This document shows positions 19,246-29,231 of a DNA stretch of 36,855 bases, in pieces. The notes below the pieces were generated by a model. It saw nothing but the letters and a program-made list of their open reading frames with translations. It was not told where the DNA came from and did no database searches. Source of the stretch: Patescibacteria group bacterium (GTDB lineage: Bacteria > Patescibacteriota > Gracilibacteria > UM-FILTER-43-11); the NCBI GenBank assembly GCA_029260985.1, contig JAJDCE010000061.1:1-36855 (forward strand), given 5' to 3'. Within the stretch, counting starts at the first letter, position 1. The number at the start of each line of letters is the position of its first letter. The position numbers and the translations under genes were made by a program.

Positions 19246-20085
19246 TTGCTAATAGATTACCACCTACACAATCACTTCTCCCCAGACAGCGAAACTGACA
19301 CTACGCAACTGATTGAACATATGAGAGATTTGGGGATCAATCATCTCTGTATCACCAATCACGGGGAGTTTTTTATTCACGAAGAGGAAATTGTTGGAGT
19401 GTTTGAATATGCCGAAGCCCACAACCGCTTTCAGAAAGACAAAAATGAACTCGATGAGATAAGATCGAAATATCCTGATATGGACATCCGTTTTGGCATT
19501 GAGCTCCAATATCAGCCAGAATGTCACGACGATATAAAAAAATTGATGAACGAACTTCCCTTTGATTTTGCCCTGGGCTCCGTCCACTTCATCGACAATA
19601 TCATTATTTCAGGAGGAAAAAACGCCGGCCAGGCTTTTGAGAAAATGGATGAAGAAACCGCCTACAATAAATACTTCAACTCCATGCTCGAATGGGTTGA
19701 GTTAGCCTATTTTGATGTCGTCGCCCATTTCGATATCATCAAAAAGTTCGGCGTAAATTACTACGGGCCCTTTCAGCCCGAAAAATACAAAACAATCATC
19801 CAAAAGATCATCCAAAGCATGAAGGAAAAAGGAATTGGAATGGAACTGAATGCTGCCACTTTGCACAAACGCTGCAACGAAATAATGCCCCATCCTCAAA
19901 TCCTAAAATGGTGCCTGGAAGCTGGAATCGAAACCTTTACCCTCGGCACCGATGCCCATAATCTCGAAACCGCCGGAAAACTGATCCCCGAAGCCCTACA
20001 AATAGCCAAAGACGTGGGTATCACACATCTTTCCACCTTTAAGAATCGTCAACCAGTACGACATGAAATCCAAAGCGCAGAGTAG
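19246..20085 (+). CDS. PHP-domain histidinol-phosphatase (HisJ family)-like hydrolase
   Basis: DYHLHNHFSPD, ITNH, GIEL, LGSVH, VVAHFD, MELN and LGTDAH motifs; TTG start. Confidence 0.85.
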   Translation: MLIDYHLHNHFSPDSETDTTQLIEHMRDLGINHLCITNHGEFFIHEEEIVGVFEYAEAHNRFQKDKNELDEIRSKYPDMDIRFGIELQYQPECHDDIKKLMNELPFDFALGSVHFIDNIIISGGKNAGQAFEKMDEETAYNKYFNSMLEWVELAYFDVVAHFDIIKKFGVNYYGPFQPEKYKTIIQKIIQSMKEKGIGMELNAATLHKRCNEIMPHPQILKWCLEAGIETFTLGTDAHNLETAGKLIPEALQIAKDVGITHLSTFKNRQPVRHEIQSAE

Positions 20086-20106
20086 GTTTTCCAACCTGCG
20101 ATGCGT
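20075..20106. terminator. hairpin between convergent genes (terminator or REP-like)
   Basis: GCGCA-ga-GTAGGTT-ttcc-AACCTGC-ga-TGCGT. Confidence 0.45.
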
Positions 20107-20115
20107 TTATTGGAT

Positions 20116-23100
20116 TTATTGCGGTTTTATCCAATCCGGCGTAGGTCCTTTTTCATCAGCCCCTGCACTTGTATCACCTTCAGAAAGTGGAGGTGTTTCT
20201 TGTACAGGTGGGGTTTCAGACTGAGGTGCTTCTGGTGTTGGATCAACTGGTGTTTCAGGCTGATCGCTTATCGCTGCCTGCCCGCCTTCTGGCGCGAACT
20301 GCTGATCGCTTTCAGCAGCAGGTTTCTTCTTCTTTCGGCGTCTTCGTCGTCTTTTTTTCTTCTTTGGAGCTTCGCCTTCTGGAGTTTCAACAGGAGGAAC
20401 AACAGGAGCCTTGGGCATTTCTGGTGCTGGCTCCTCTGCCGGAACTTCATCAGTTTTTTCCTCAACAGGAACTTCTTCAGTTAAGGGTTCAGAAACCTCC
20501 TCCGTTGGCATTTCCTCTGGCATTACCTCCTCAGTTGTTGGCTCTGAAGTCTCTGGAGCTACAGGAACCTCCTCAATTATTTCCTCAGCAGCTTCATCCA
20601 CTGGCAACTCTTCATCCAAGGATGGTTCAGAATAGCCCTCACCCAATATATCAAGAGGTTCTTCAGCAGGCATTGGAGTTTCAATTCCCTCCTCAGGCGA
20701 AGAATAATCTTCAGAAAACTCTGGAGATTCATCGGACAAAGGTTCAGGAGATTCATCTTCAACAGGAAGCTCGAATGATTCTTCATCGATAGACTCCGCA
20801 TTGTCCAAAGAAATTTCCTCTTCCGCTTCCCCTTCAATCACCTCAGTTCCCTTTAACCACTCAGGCACAGGGCCTTCCGCTTCAGTCGTAAAATCAGCTT
20901 CGACTGGCTCACTGCCTACGGCAGGTTCGGCAGGTGCCTCTTCCTGAGCAGGCTCAGGCGCTTCAGTTGTTTCTGCAAAAGTCTGTGGAGCAGTGGGTTC
21001 TGCAACCACTTCCGCAGCTGAATCATCCGTAGCCTTAACAGAGGGTTGATCAGTAGGCGTAGGCACATCCGCAGAGGGAGCTTCGGTAGCCTGAGGCGTA
21101 ACAGGAGGCGCTTCATGCGCTCCGATCATCGTCAAAACCTTCGCTTTAAATTCATCAATCAGCTCTTCAAAAGTTAGGTCTGGATGCTGAACTTTAAGGT
21201 AGGCAAGAAAACCGCCAACAATAAGAAGAATAAGACCAAGCACAATTACAATCAGTAAAAAGAATATCTTCAGAAGCCGGATAAACACATTTGATTTCTT
21301 GACCTCTTGCTCCTCACCACCAGTAACCATCATTGCGCCATCTTCAGCACCCACCACATCAGCCGCGTCAGCAATCTCAATTTCAGTGGATTTAGTATCC
21401 GTTACCTGATCTGAATCCGTAATAGTCAAAGTCACCAAATACTTACCCTTAACGGTATAACTATAGGTAGGATTCTCCCCCCCTATTTCAGCGATCTGAT
21501 TCTGATAATTTGAATCATCAGTATCTCCAAAACTCCACTGATAGAAAAGATTTTTATCAGTCAAATTATAGGAAGCTGAAGAAAGATTAGTGAAACTCAC
21601 CGTAGAACCTGAAACCTCATAAGAAAAATTAGCTTTAGTGAGCTCAACATCTTTTGCAACAATATCTAAAGTCCGCTCAGCAGAATTACCCGCTTTATCA
21701 GAAATCTTCGCTGTAACGGTAAAAGCGCCTGGCTCATCATATATATATTGGGTTGTATTATCGCCTTCAATTTCTTTATCGAATGTTCCATCTCCATCAT
21801 AATCCCATTCAAAAGAATACTGACCCAAACCTTGTTGAAGTCCTTGAACCGTAAACAAAATAGGATCTCCCTTAACCACAAAATCTTTGTCAGCTGTTAA
21901 CTGAATACCACCCGCTTGCTCTACATCTTTAATAGAAGGGGCAGGTGAAGCTGGCTTATCCCCAAATGTGATTTCTTTCTGAACCCGGCTCCCTTTACCC
22001 TCTTCACCCACTACAATAAGCTGGGCAATGATCTGTTCTTCTGTTTTTGCATAATCAACATCAAAAACGTCACCGGTCTTAAAAGAAAGGTCGTTGAGAT
22101 TATCAATGTCATTTTTAGGATCACCATCACCGTCACTGTCTTCAAAAATATTCTTATCGAGTCGATATTCCAGTATCCTTCCTTCCGAAGGACGGGCATA
22201 AAAAGAAACAGTATGAGAATCTTCCCATAAATGAATTATACTATCGGTTTCATCGGCCTTAGGCAGCGTCTGGAGGATTGCTGTGGGATCACCGGTAGTC
22301 CGATGTTCCTCAAACAAAATTTCAACCTGCTTCTTAACCTTTTTACCACTCTTATCTACTAAAGTCACCTCAGCAACAGTTTTAGCTGAATCACCCTGTT
22401 TATAATCAGCCGACCAAGCCGTGCCTGTTAAATACGAGTTGTCAGAAGCATTGTCGATATCGTTATTGGCAGTACCGTTATCATCGCTATCTTCATATAT
22501 ATTCTGATCAATACGATATTCCAATATATCCCCATAAGAATCAGCCAGTTCAAATTGAACCTTGCCGTCACCCAGTAACGTCACTTGATCCGAACCATTC
22601 ATCGGAGGAAGCGTTTTGAGATGAATAGAAATCAATGATTCACTCGCTCCGGTAGCCACCGTCGCCTTACCTAAAACTTCACCGTCTTTCGAGACCACTT
22701 CACCAGAGTCATTCAACGTTCCAATTACCTTACCGGTCTCATCGACTACAACATTATTTCTACCAACCGTTCCAAGCGCCTTCCCGTCTTCATCCCGAAG
22801 GATATCCCCCAGCTTCGCGTCAGAAACAGGTGTGGCGGAAAGACGGCTGTAACGGTCTCCGGATAGAACATTTATTGTTGTGGATTCAACTTCATTACCA
22901 AAAGTGGCGGTTAAATTGATTTTAAATTCACCTTGGCTATTAAAGGTATAGCTAAAATTACGCCCGGCTTGAGTCGCTAAAATTTCAGTTCCCTTTGCCA
23001 CTGTCCATTTATAGTTAGCAGCCGAATTCTTACTGTCTGCGATTAAATCAGCTCGCTCACCGATTTTGACTTCCATCTTCCCACTCGCCATCACCAGACC

Positions 23101-23160
23101 ACTTCCGATCAGGAAGGTTCCGAGGAGAACAGCCACTGCTTTTTTTAACTTTATAAACAT
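20116..23160 (-). CDS. secreted PKD-domain protein with one C-terminal TM and long acidic Pro/Glu-rich cytoplasmic tail
   Basis: Signal peptide, PKD repeats (WDYDGDG, WSFGD) and DxDxDG-type motifs. TM IFFLLIVIVLGLILLIVGGFLAYL is followed by a tail of about 350 aa. Confidence 0.85.
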   Translation of the reverse strand: MFIKLKKAVAVLLGTFLIGSGLVMASGKMEVKIGERADLIADSKNSAANYKWTVAKGTEILATQAGRNFSYTFNSQGEFKINLTATFGNEVESTTINVLSGDRYSRLSATPVSDAKLGDILRDEDGKALGTVGRNNVVVDETGKVIGTLNDSGEVVSKDGEVLGKATVATGASESLISIHLKTLPPMNGSDQVTLLGDGKVQFELADSYGDILEYRIDQNIYEDSDDNGTANNDIDNASDNSYLTGTAWSADYKQGDSAKTVAEVTLVDKSGKKVKKQVEILFEEHRTTGDPTAILQTLPKADETDSIIHLWEDSHTVSFYARPSEGRILEYRLDKNIFEDSDGDGDPKNDIDNLNDLSFKTGDVFDVDYAKTEEQIIAQLIVVGEEGKGSRVQKEITFGDKPASPAPSIKDVEQAGGIQLTADKDFVVKGDPILFTVQGLQQGLGQYSFEWDYDGDGTFDKEIEGDNTTQYIYDEPGAFTVTAKISDKAGNSAERTLDIVAKDVELTKANFSYEVSGSTVSFTNLSSASYNLTDKNLFYQWSFGDTDDSNYQNQIAEIGGENPTYSYTVKGKYLVTLTITDSDQVTDTKSTEIEIADAADVVGAEDGAMMVTGGEEQEVKKSNVFIRLLKIFFLLIVIVLGLILLIVGGFLAYLKVQHPDLTFEELIDEFKAKVLTMIGAHEAPPVTPQATEAPSADVPTPTDQPSVKATDDSAAEVVAEPTAPQTFAETTEAPEPAQEEAPAEPAVGSEPVEADFTTEAEGPVPEWLKGTEVIEGEAEEEISLDNAESIDEESFELPVEDESPEPLSDESPEFSEDYSSPEEGIETPMPAEEPLDILGEGYSEPSLDEELPVDEAAEEIIEEVPVAPETSEPTTEEVMPEEMPTEEVSEPLTEEVPVEEKTDEVPAEEPAPEMPKAPVVPPVETPEGEAPKKKKRRRRRRKKKKPAAESDQQFAPEGGQAAISDQPETPVDPTPEAPQSETPPVQETPPLSEGDTSAGADEKGPTPDWIKPQ

Positions 23161-23204
23161 TTAATCTTCTAATCTTTTAATCTTGAATCTTGTAATTTAA
23201 TAAA

Positions 23205-26200
23205 TTATTTAACCTGAAGAACAGCGTCTTCAGTTAACTCTCCGTAAACGGTATTGGTCGCGCGTACCTTAATACGCACCCTACCGGAATCAACACCGGT
23301 AAAAACAGATGAAGCCTTGGAATCTTCGGCCGTCACTGGATTTGGAGTGAATTGACCACTGCCATCTGCAACTTCAAAGTAAACAATACCTTTATAAGGA
23401 GTTCCATCTGCATTCAAAACCGTAACATTCACATCAGCCGTACCCCCTTTCTGAACCGTTGAAGGAGCAACCTCAATATCCACGGTTGTAAGTGGATTCC
23501 GGGGTGCCGTTACCTTTAAGGATTGATAAGTATTTCTTAAACGATCCTCATCGGTCAAACTTAGGTTAATATCCCGAACCACAACGCCTTCTGACCCCAA
23601 TGAGTCCTTTACTTTCAGGCGCACTCGGTAATTAGCTTTAGCATCATAAATAAAACCTGGCTGCATTTCAGTCGATTGCACATCATCATCCTTCGTTCCA
23701 TTTCCATTAGCATCATCATCAATATCAAAATCCCATTCATACCGAAGGGTAGTGTCAGAAAGAGAGGGGTCAAAGCGCGAATGACCGCCATCAAAAGTCA
23801 CTTTGGTTTCATCAATAGAATAAGTAAAAGCGGCTTGAGGTAATGAATCGGTTGATTCCACAAAAACTGCTTTAGTCGCGCTACTCGATAGTCCTCGATG
23901 CACCACTTTAAGGCGTACATCGTATTCTCCCGGTGTATTGAACTGCCGGTTCACCTGAGCACCCGAAGTTGTATCATCAAATTCGCCATCGCCGTCAAAA
24001 TCCCATCGGAAAGCGTCGGAAGGGAGTTCTTCACCTTGAGGGTCATAAGACTTTGAGATAAAAGTAATGCTATCTCCTGTGCTAATAGTGGTTTTATCTA
24101 GAGTAAACTCAGCCACTGGCGACAGATTCGGACCATTTTTTACATCCATATAGCTGACTTCACCAAAGCGTTCAACAGTGCTATACACCCCGTTATCATT
24201 ATCGGTAACCTCCACCACAAAGAAGTAGCGATTAACAATGTCAGCCTCTCCAAAAGACGTAATGGTCATATTCGTTTCAGAAGTCGAAGTACTATGAGTT
24301 CCAAGCTTTGCGCCTTCGAATCCATCCCGATAATACCACCAACGGTATTTTTTAATCGTACCATCCAAATCTTTTGGATTGATGACCTTAAGTTTTATTT
24401 TGGTTGGCGTGACAAGTTCATCAATCGCATCTGCCAAAATAGGTGGAGTAATCACAAAATCCTTAATCTCAGGAAGCTGATTGATCACTTTAAAATAAGC
24501 AATATCCTCCTGACTCAAACTCCCTTTCAGTTGGTCTTTAACCACCAGGCTAACTGAGAAACATTCCCCCTCACGGTTAATCTCATCAAATTTATAACGG
24601 GTCTGTTTCTGACTGCTCTTTTCACCACCAGGAAGCTTCCAGTCATACAGTAACAAACGGGATGATCCATCGGTATTAATGGAATCTTTTGCATCCAAAA
24701 GGATGCTGTCCATTCGAGTCACTACTGCCGCATCCTTTCCCTCACCACAAAGATCTTCTACCAATAGTGGCTGCCGACCATTCGTTGTATGAGTGATTGC
24801 TGCCACAGGCTCATCGGTAGAACCGACCAGAATCCGAAGCGTATCGACATTATCATTATCATCTTTGTCGAAGAAGTTCATTCGAACCGTGAATTTACCC
24901 GTCTTATCATAAGTATGTGAAATAGTTGTTTCTTCTGTACTATCGGTTTCATCATCTCCAAATTCCCAAAGGTAGGCTACAGAATTGGAACTCTCGGCGG
25001 TAAACTGGATAGGTTCACCCACTCGGGTGGCACGCTTATCCACTTTAATATCACCTACTAAAACCGATTGAATGGAAACGTTCTTATTTACCTGACGGTG
25101 TTTACCAAAAGCATCTTTGACTTGAAGCACCACATTGTATTCACCTACCTGCAGGTACTCATGAGTCGCCAAAGCCTCTTTCTTATCAACGAGTTCAAAA
25201 TCGCCATCCCCGTCAAAATCCCATGAAAACGTGATCACATCACCGGAATCCGGGTCATAACTGTTGATCGCATTAAACTCAACCCGATTAGGGTGATTTT
25301 TTTCCGGGATATTATAGTTAAAACTGGCCACAGGATCTCTGGAAAGCACTTTAAGAACATCAACAAATTTATCCTGAGTTCCAAGAATATCGGTTACCAC
25401 TAACGTGATTTTATAATCACCGGGCTTAGCAAAGCGATGAGTAAAACTGCTTTCACTGTTATCCAGCACTTTTTTACCGTCAGCATCTTCAATCTTCCAA
25501 TCAAAACTCTTGATCACTCCATCGTCACTTCGTGAGCCGGCTCCTGAGAATTTAAACTCTGTATTCACATTAGACGAAGGTGGAGAAACCGTAATATCCG
25601 CTGCAAGTGATTTAACATTCAATTTAACCACTGCTGAATCCTTGGTTCCCAGATTATCGGTGACAGTAAGCTTGAGGGTATATTCCCCTTTCTTAGCATA
25701 CGTATGAACCACCGTCGTTGGGCTATTCCGAACATCGAGAGTTGCATCACCAAAATTCCATTCATACTTTTCAATTTTACGACCCAAAGACGCCTTAGTG
25801 GGCGAAGGGTCAATCGAAAGACCTGCCTGGGCTTCCTTTAACGTTACATTAAAGAAATCCTTAGCTTGTTTTCCGTTGATTCTAAACGCTACATTCGATG
25901 TAGGAGGTTGAGCCTTGATCCGAACCACCGAAACGCCGTCAGCAGCCGTTTTATAGCCATCAGCATCCTTCTGAGAAGTAGAAGCTCTGAGACGAACCGC
26001 ATACGAATTCGGTTTAGTGAATTCATGAAGCACTACGGGATCTGACCCAAGTGACACTTCATTGCCTGAATTATCAAGGAATGACCATTTGTATTCACTG
26101 ATCGTTCCACCCGTTGGATCCACACTATCAAGTCCATCCAACTGAACCGTAAAAGGCACATTGCCAACCCCGGGAGTCGCTGTTATTCGGGCTTTAACAA

Positions 26201-27197
26201 TAGGATATTTGCGAATCAGTTCTTTGAGCTTTTTATATTTAGCCTCAAAGCGCCTGTATTTAACCTGATCAGCTGGGCTATCGATCACATCATCAAGAGC
26301 TTTTGAAGTTTCATCATAAGAAGTAATGATTTCCTTAGATTCAGGCATATTCTTTCTGAGTTCATCCAGCTGATCCCTGAGTATCTTAAGTCGAGTCAGG
26401 CCGCTTAAAAATTGTTCTAAACGCACCACTTCTTCCGGAGTCAAGCCATACTTTCCTGGATTGTTAATCATGTCTCGGATGTTCTCGATTTTTTTATCGA
26501 TCGTATTGCCATTTTTTAGTGCTTCATCAACCTTTTTCTTTGCGGCTTCAGATAGCTTTTTGTCGTTTAGATTAAGGTCATTCTCAAGCCCCTTCATCGT
26601 TTCATCCATCTTATCTGTGTTCTTTTTAGAGGCTGGCTCTGCCTCACTGCCTGTCACAGAATTCTTATCTTTCACTGGATCCTCCTTAAGGGCTTCACAA
26701 ACACTGTTTAAACAGTTGTAGCCTCCAGGACAATCAGCGCTAGTGGTACACGCAATGGCAGAACTCGGTGGAGTAACTGTTTCAGTCCCTGCAGAAGAAG
26801 TAATAAATCTTACAATTGAAAAAGAAAGAATTACCACTACAATCCCCAAAGCAGCATAGGTCATAATTTTCTTCGCCTTCGTAATCATCTCCTCATTCCC
26901 ACCGCTAAGCACCCAAAGTACACCCGCATAGATGAACGCTAAAGTGGCAAAGAAGCCCAGGAAGCTGATAAAATAATTCACCATAGCCAGCAAGGTATCT
27001 CCAAATGATTTCTTAGAGATTGACGAGCTGATTTCTACCGTACCAGAGCCCTGTGGTATTGAAAGCCCTGAACCTCCTGTAGAAAGATTACCCGCTAACG
27101 CTTCAGGAACAGTATTCACTAAAACCACAGCCAATATCATCATTATAAAAACGACTGAAAAAGATTTTAGCCAGTGCTTTAGATTAAAACATTTCAT
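23205..27197 (-). CDS. large protein with N-terminal TrbC/VirB2-like pilin domain, coiled coil and multiple PKD domains
   Basis: IYAGVLWVLSGGNEEMITKAKKIMTYAALGIVVVILSFSIVRFI (pilin-like) and a Cys-rich C..S.DCP..Y.C....C motif. About 8 PKD repeats and an Ig-like C-terminus follow. Confidence 0.85.
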   Translation of the reverse strand: MKCFNLKHWLKSFSVVFIMMILAVVLVNTVPEALAGNLSTGGSGLSIPQGSGTVEISSSISKKSFGDTLLAMVNYFISFLGFFATLAFIYAGVLWVLSGGNEEMITKAKKIMTYAALGIVVVILSFSIVRFITSSAGTETVTPPSSAIACTTSADCPGGYNCLNSVCEALKEDPVKDKNSVTGSEAEPASKKNTDKMDETMKGLENDLNLNDKKLSEAAKKKVDEALKNGNTIDKKIENIRDMINNPGKYGLTPEEVVRLEQFLSGLTRLKILRDQLDELRKNMPESKEIITSYDETSKALDDVIDSPADQVKYRRFEAKYKKLKELIRKYPIVKARITATPGVGNVPFTVQLDGLDSVDPTGGTISEYKWSFLDNSGNEVSLGSDPVVLHEFTKPNSYAVRLRASTSQKDADGYKTAADGVSVVRIKAQPPTSNVAFRINGKQAKDFFNVTLKEAQAGLSIDPSPTKASLGRKIEKYEWNFGDATLDVRNSPTTVVHTYAKKGEYTLKLTVTDNLGTKDSAVVKLNVKSLAADITVSPPSSNVNTEFKFSGAGSRSDDGVIKSFDWKIEDADGKKVLDNSESSFTHRFAKPGDYKITLVVTDILGTQDKFVDVLKVLSRDPVASFNYNIPEKNHPNRVEFNAINSYDPDSGDVITFSWDFDGDGDFELVDKKEALATHEYLQVGEYNVVLQVKDAFGKHRQVNKNVSIQSVLVGDIKVDKRATRVGEPIQFTAESSNSVAYLWEFGDDETDSTEETTISHTYDKTGKFTVRMNFFDKDDNDNVDTLRILVGSTDEPVAAITHTTNGRQPLLVEDLCGEGKDAAVVTRMDSILLDAKDSINTDGSSRLLLYDWKLPGGEKSSQKQTRYKFDEINREGECFSVSLVVKDQLKGSLSQEDIAYFKVINQLPEIKDFVITPPILADAIDELVTPTKIKLKVINPKDLDGTIKKYRWWYYRDGFEGAKLGTHSTSTSETNMTITSFGEADIVNRYFFVVEVTDNDNGVYSTVERFGEVSYMDVKNGPNLSPVAEFTLDKTTISTGDSITFISKSYDPQGEELPSDAFRWDFDGDGEFDDTTSGAQVNRQFNTPGEYDVRLKVVHRGLSSSATKAVFVESTDSLPQAAFTYSIDETKVTFDGGHSRFDPSLSDTTLRYEWDFDIDDDANGNGTKDDDVQSTEMQPGFIYDAKANYRVRLKVKDSLGSEGVVVRDINLSLTDEDRLRNTYQSLKVTAPRNPLTTVDIEVAPSTVQKGGTADVNVTVLNADGTPYKGIVYFEVADGSGQFTPNPVTAEDSKASSVFTGVDSGRVRIKVRATNTVYGELTEDAVLQVK

Positions 27198-27201
27198 AAA
27201 T

Positions 27202-27636
27202 TTACTGTTTCTGAATACCCGTTACCAGCTCCTGGGTAAGGAGTTGGACAATGCTGTAAGAAAGAATCACAACAATCAGGCCGAGTACCGCATAAATCAT
27301 CACCTTCTTGGCCTTCTGAACCTGCTCATCATTACCATAAGCCGTGATATACAAAACCCCAGCGTAAACAAAGCCGACAAAAGCCGCAATCGCCAGGAAC
27401 GGTAAGGCAAAATTCACATATTTTAGCACCAAATCTCCTACATCACTCGTTCCAGTCACCCCACTACCCTCAAGAGAACCTTTAATATTATCCACTCCCG
27501 ACTGAGTATCTGTCTTTGTTTTATCTTCAGAGCCCTTAAAGATCTGAGCCAACCCCTTAGGCGCAAAAGCAAAAAACAGCACCATCACTGAGATGATTCT
27601 GCTATAAACATTTTGAATTATTTGTGCAATTTTCAT
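27202..27636 (-). CDS. TrbC/VirB2-like pilin (CPR type)
   Basis: FVYAGVLYITAYGNDEQVQKAKKVMIYAVLGLIVVILSYSIV; signal peptide. Confidence 0.8.
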   Translation of the reverse strand: MKIAQIIQNVYSRIISVMVLFFAFAPKGLAQIFKGSEDKTKTDTQSGVDNIKGSLEGSGVTGTSDVGDLVLKYVNFALPFLAIAAFVGFVYAGVLYITAYGNDEQVQKAKKVMIYAVLGLIVVILSYSIVQLLTQELVTGIQKQ

Positions 27637-27877
27637 TTTTATTTCTGAACCTTAAGTGCGTGTAATTGGGCTTAAAGCTTAAAGCTTACTGCTTACGGCT
27701 TTTTATGTTTCTTTATATTATAGCAAATTTGACCCAGATTTGCAAGATTTCTACCCTCCTTGGAGCTAGCCCCTAATGATTCTCATGATTCCAATTGTAT
27801 TTTGACAGCATATGTAAACCCTTTCAAATCCTGCTAATCAATCCTGAAAATCCGCTAAATCAAGAGGATCAACGGTC

Positions 27878-27908
27878 AAAAACCCACCCTCAATTGAGAG
27901 CGGGCTTC
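27878..27908 (-). terminator. intrinsic terminator
   Basis: Minus strand AAGCCCGCTCTC-aatt-GAGGGTGGGTT followed by TTT. Confidence 0.7.
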
Positions 27909-27927
27909 TTTAATTTAAAACAAATGA

Positions 27928-29037
27928 TTATTTAAGTTTCAGGTCTAGATCATAAACAGCGCGACCAACACGGATAAAGTGTGGATTTTTCTGAAGATTT
28001 AGACTGATAGTGCCGATTTTAACCTTACGCTGCTTTAACACCATTTCAACGATCTTCTTTTTAGGCATCGCTCCGTTTTTCTCGAGTAATTTCTCGATAA
28101 CATCAGAAACCGTTCCGGGCTCATAACCCCAGGTAGAAAGGGCGTAAAGTCCGCGTCCGACCAAAACGAATTGGTCATAACGGATCAGTTCGTTGTGAAC
28201 CGCTTGAACCGTTACCATTTTCTTATCAAAACCGGTTTCAGCAATACGATTCGCAATCTCAACAAAGTGAAGTGGCTTTTTAGACTTTTCCAGAACGATA
28301 ATAGCCTTATCACGAATAGATCGAGGATTCACATGTCTCCATTCCATCAAGCCCCATTTTCCGTCTACATTGCGGGCTCTTTTATCAGTTTTGAGACAAG
28401 AGATAATCAATTGACTTGAAACAGCTTTCTCTTTGAATAAATTGAGGTTTTTGACCACAGAAATAATCTGATCTTCTGTCATAACATCCCCTGTTTTCTT
28501 CAAAGTACTGATAGAAGCTTCGGCGATCTTTCGAACCTCCTTAAGGGCAATTTCTTTAAACATCCAGAACGCTTCAGAAGTAGCCGTTCGAGGAGATTTT
28601 CGAAGCTCTGAATCGCAGTTTAATGATAGAACAATAATACTGCCATCTACTTGAGATTTGCTATAAATGCTTTGAAGCATCTTATTGATGATCTCAGATT
28701 CAAGCATCACGCCTCCTTCTTCTTCAATAAATTGCTTAGCAAGACGGTTTACAAGTCTAAGTTTAGTATTGCTAACCGTTCGGCGAAGCTTATTCAAAGC
28801 AATATTCTCAATCTGGCGAATTCGTTCTCGGGTAACAGAATAATGACGACCAATCTTATCAAGGGTCTGCCTTGGTTTATTATTAAGACTGAAACGCTTA
28901 ATAATAACGTCTTTTTCTTTGTCCGTTAAAACCAAGAACATATCATCAATCACTTCCTTAAGGTCAAGATCATTTTCTTGAAGGACTGCCAGTGCTGGAT
29001 TTACCTTGGAATCCTGTTGGTTCGATGTACTTTGCAT
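27928..29037 (-). CDS. sigma70 region-4-like HTH protein with C-terminal HARE-HTH/RNAP-delta-like winged helices
   Basis: LTDKEKDVIIKRF...TLDKIGRHYSVTRERIRQIENIALNKLR (sigma region 4). PLHFVEIA...VHNELIRYDQFVLVGRGLYAL..W resembles HARE-HTH. The ATG at 29037 is preferred over the TTG at 29076. Confidence 0.75.
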   Translation of the reverse strand: MQSTSNQQDSKVNPALAVLQENDLDLKEVIDDMFLVLTDKEKDVIIKRFSLNNKPRQTLDKIGRHYSVTRERIRQIENIALNKLRRTVSNTKLRLVNRLAKQFIEEEGGVMLESEIINKMLQSIYSKSQVDGSIIVLSLNCDSELRKSPRTATSEAFWMFKEIALKEVRKIAEASISTLKKTGDVMTEDQIISVVKNLNLFKEKAVSSQLIISCLKTDKRARNVDGKWGLMEWRHVNPRSIRDKAIIVLEKSKKPLHFVEIANRIAETGFDKKMVTVQAVHNELIRYDQFVLVGRGLYALSTWGYEPGTVSDVIEKLLEKNGAMPKKKIVEMVLKQRKVKIGTISLNLQKNPHFIRVGRAVYDLDLKLK

Positions 29038-29231
29038 AAAATCTAAAGGGTTATGACTTATTTGTTTGGAGGACAAATGAATGTAGACAAACCTTATCTT
29101 AATAAAGTTTTTTTGGAGGCGTCAAGTAGATCATTTTAAGCCGAATGAATCCTGACGATCTGTCTCCTACAAATACCAATTAATAACGGTTAAAAAGGTA
29201 CTTATTATATATCAATTAAATAATTTGTCAA

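Noticed and set aside
17132..26721. Numerous short plus-strand and alternative-frame ORFs over the PKD genes
   Set aside because: They fully overlap long, motif-supported genes and show no independent signals.
27770..27865. Degenerate 9-mer-like repeats (ATGATTCTC ATGATTCC; AATCCTG...AATCCTG...AATCCG)
   Set aside because: Too short and degenerate to distinguish from chance by eye.
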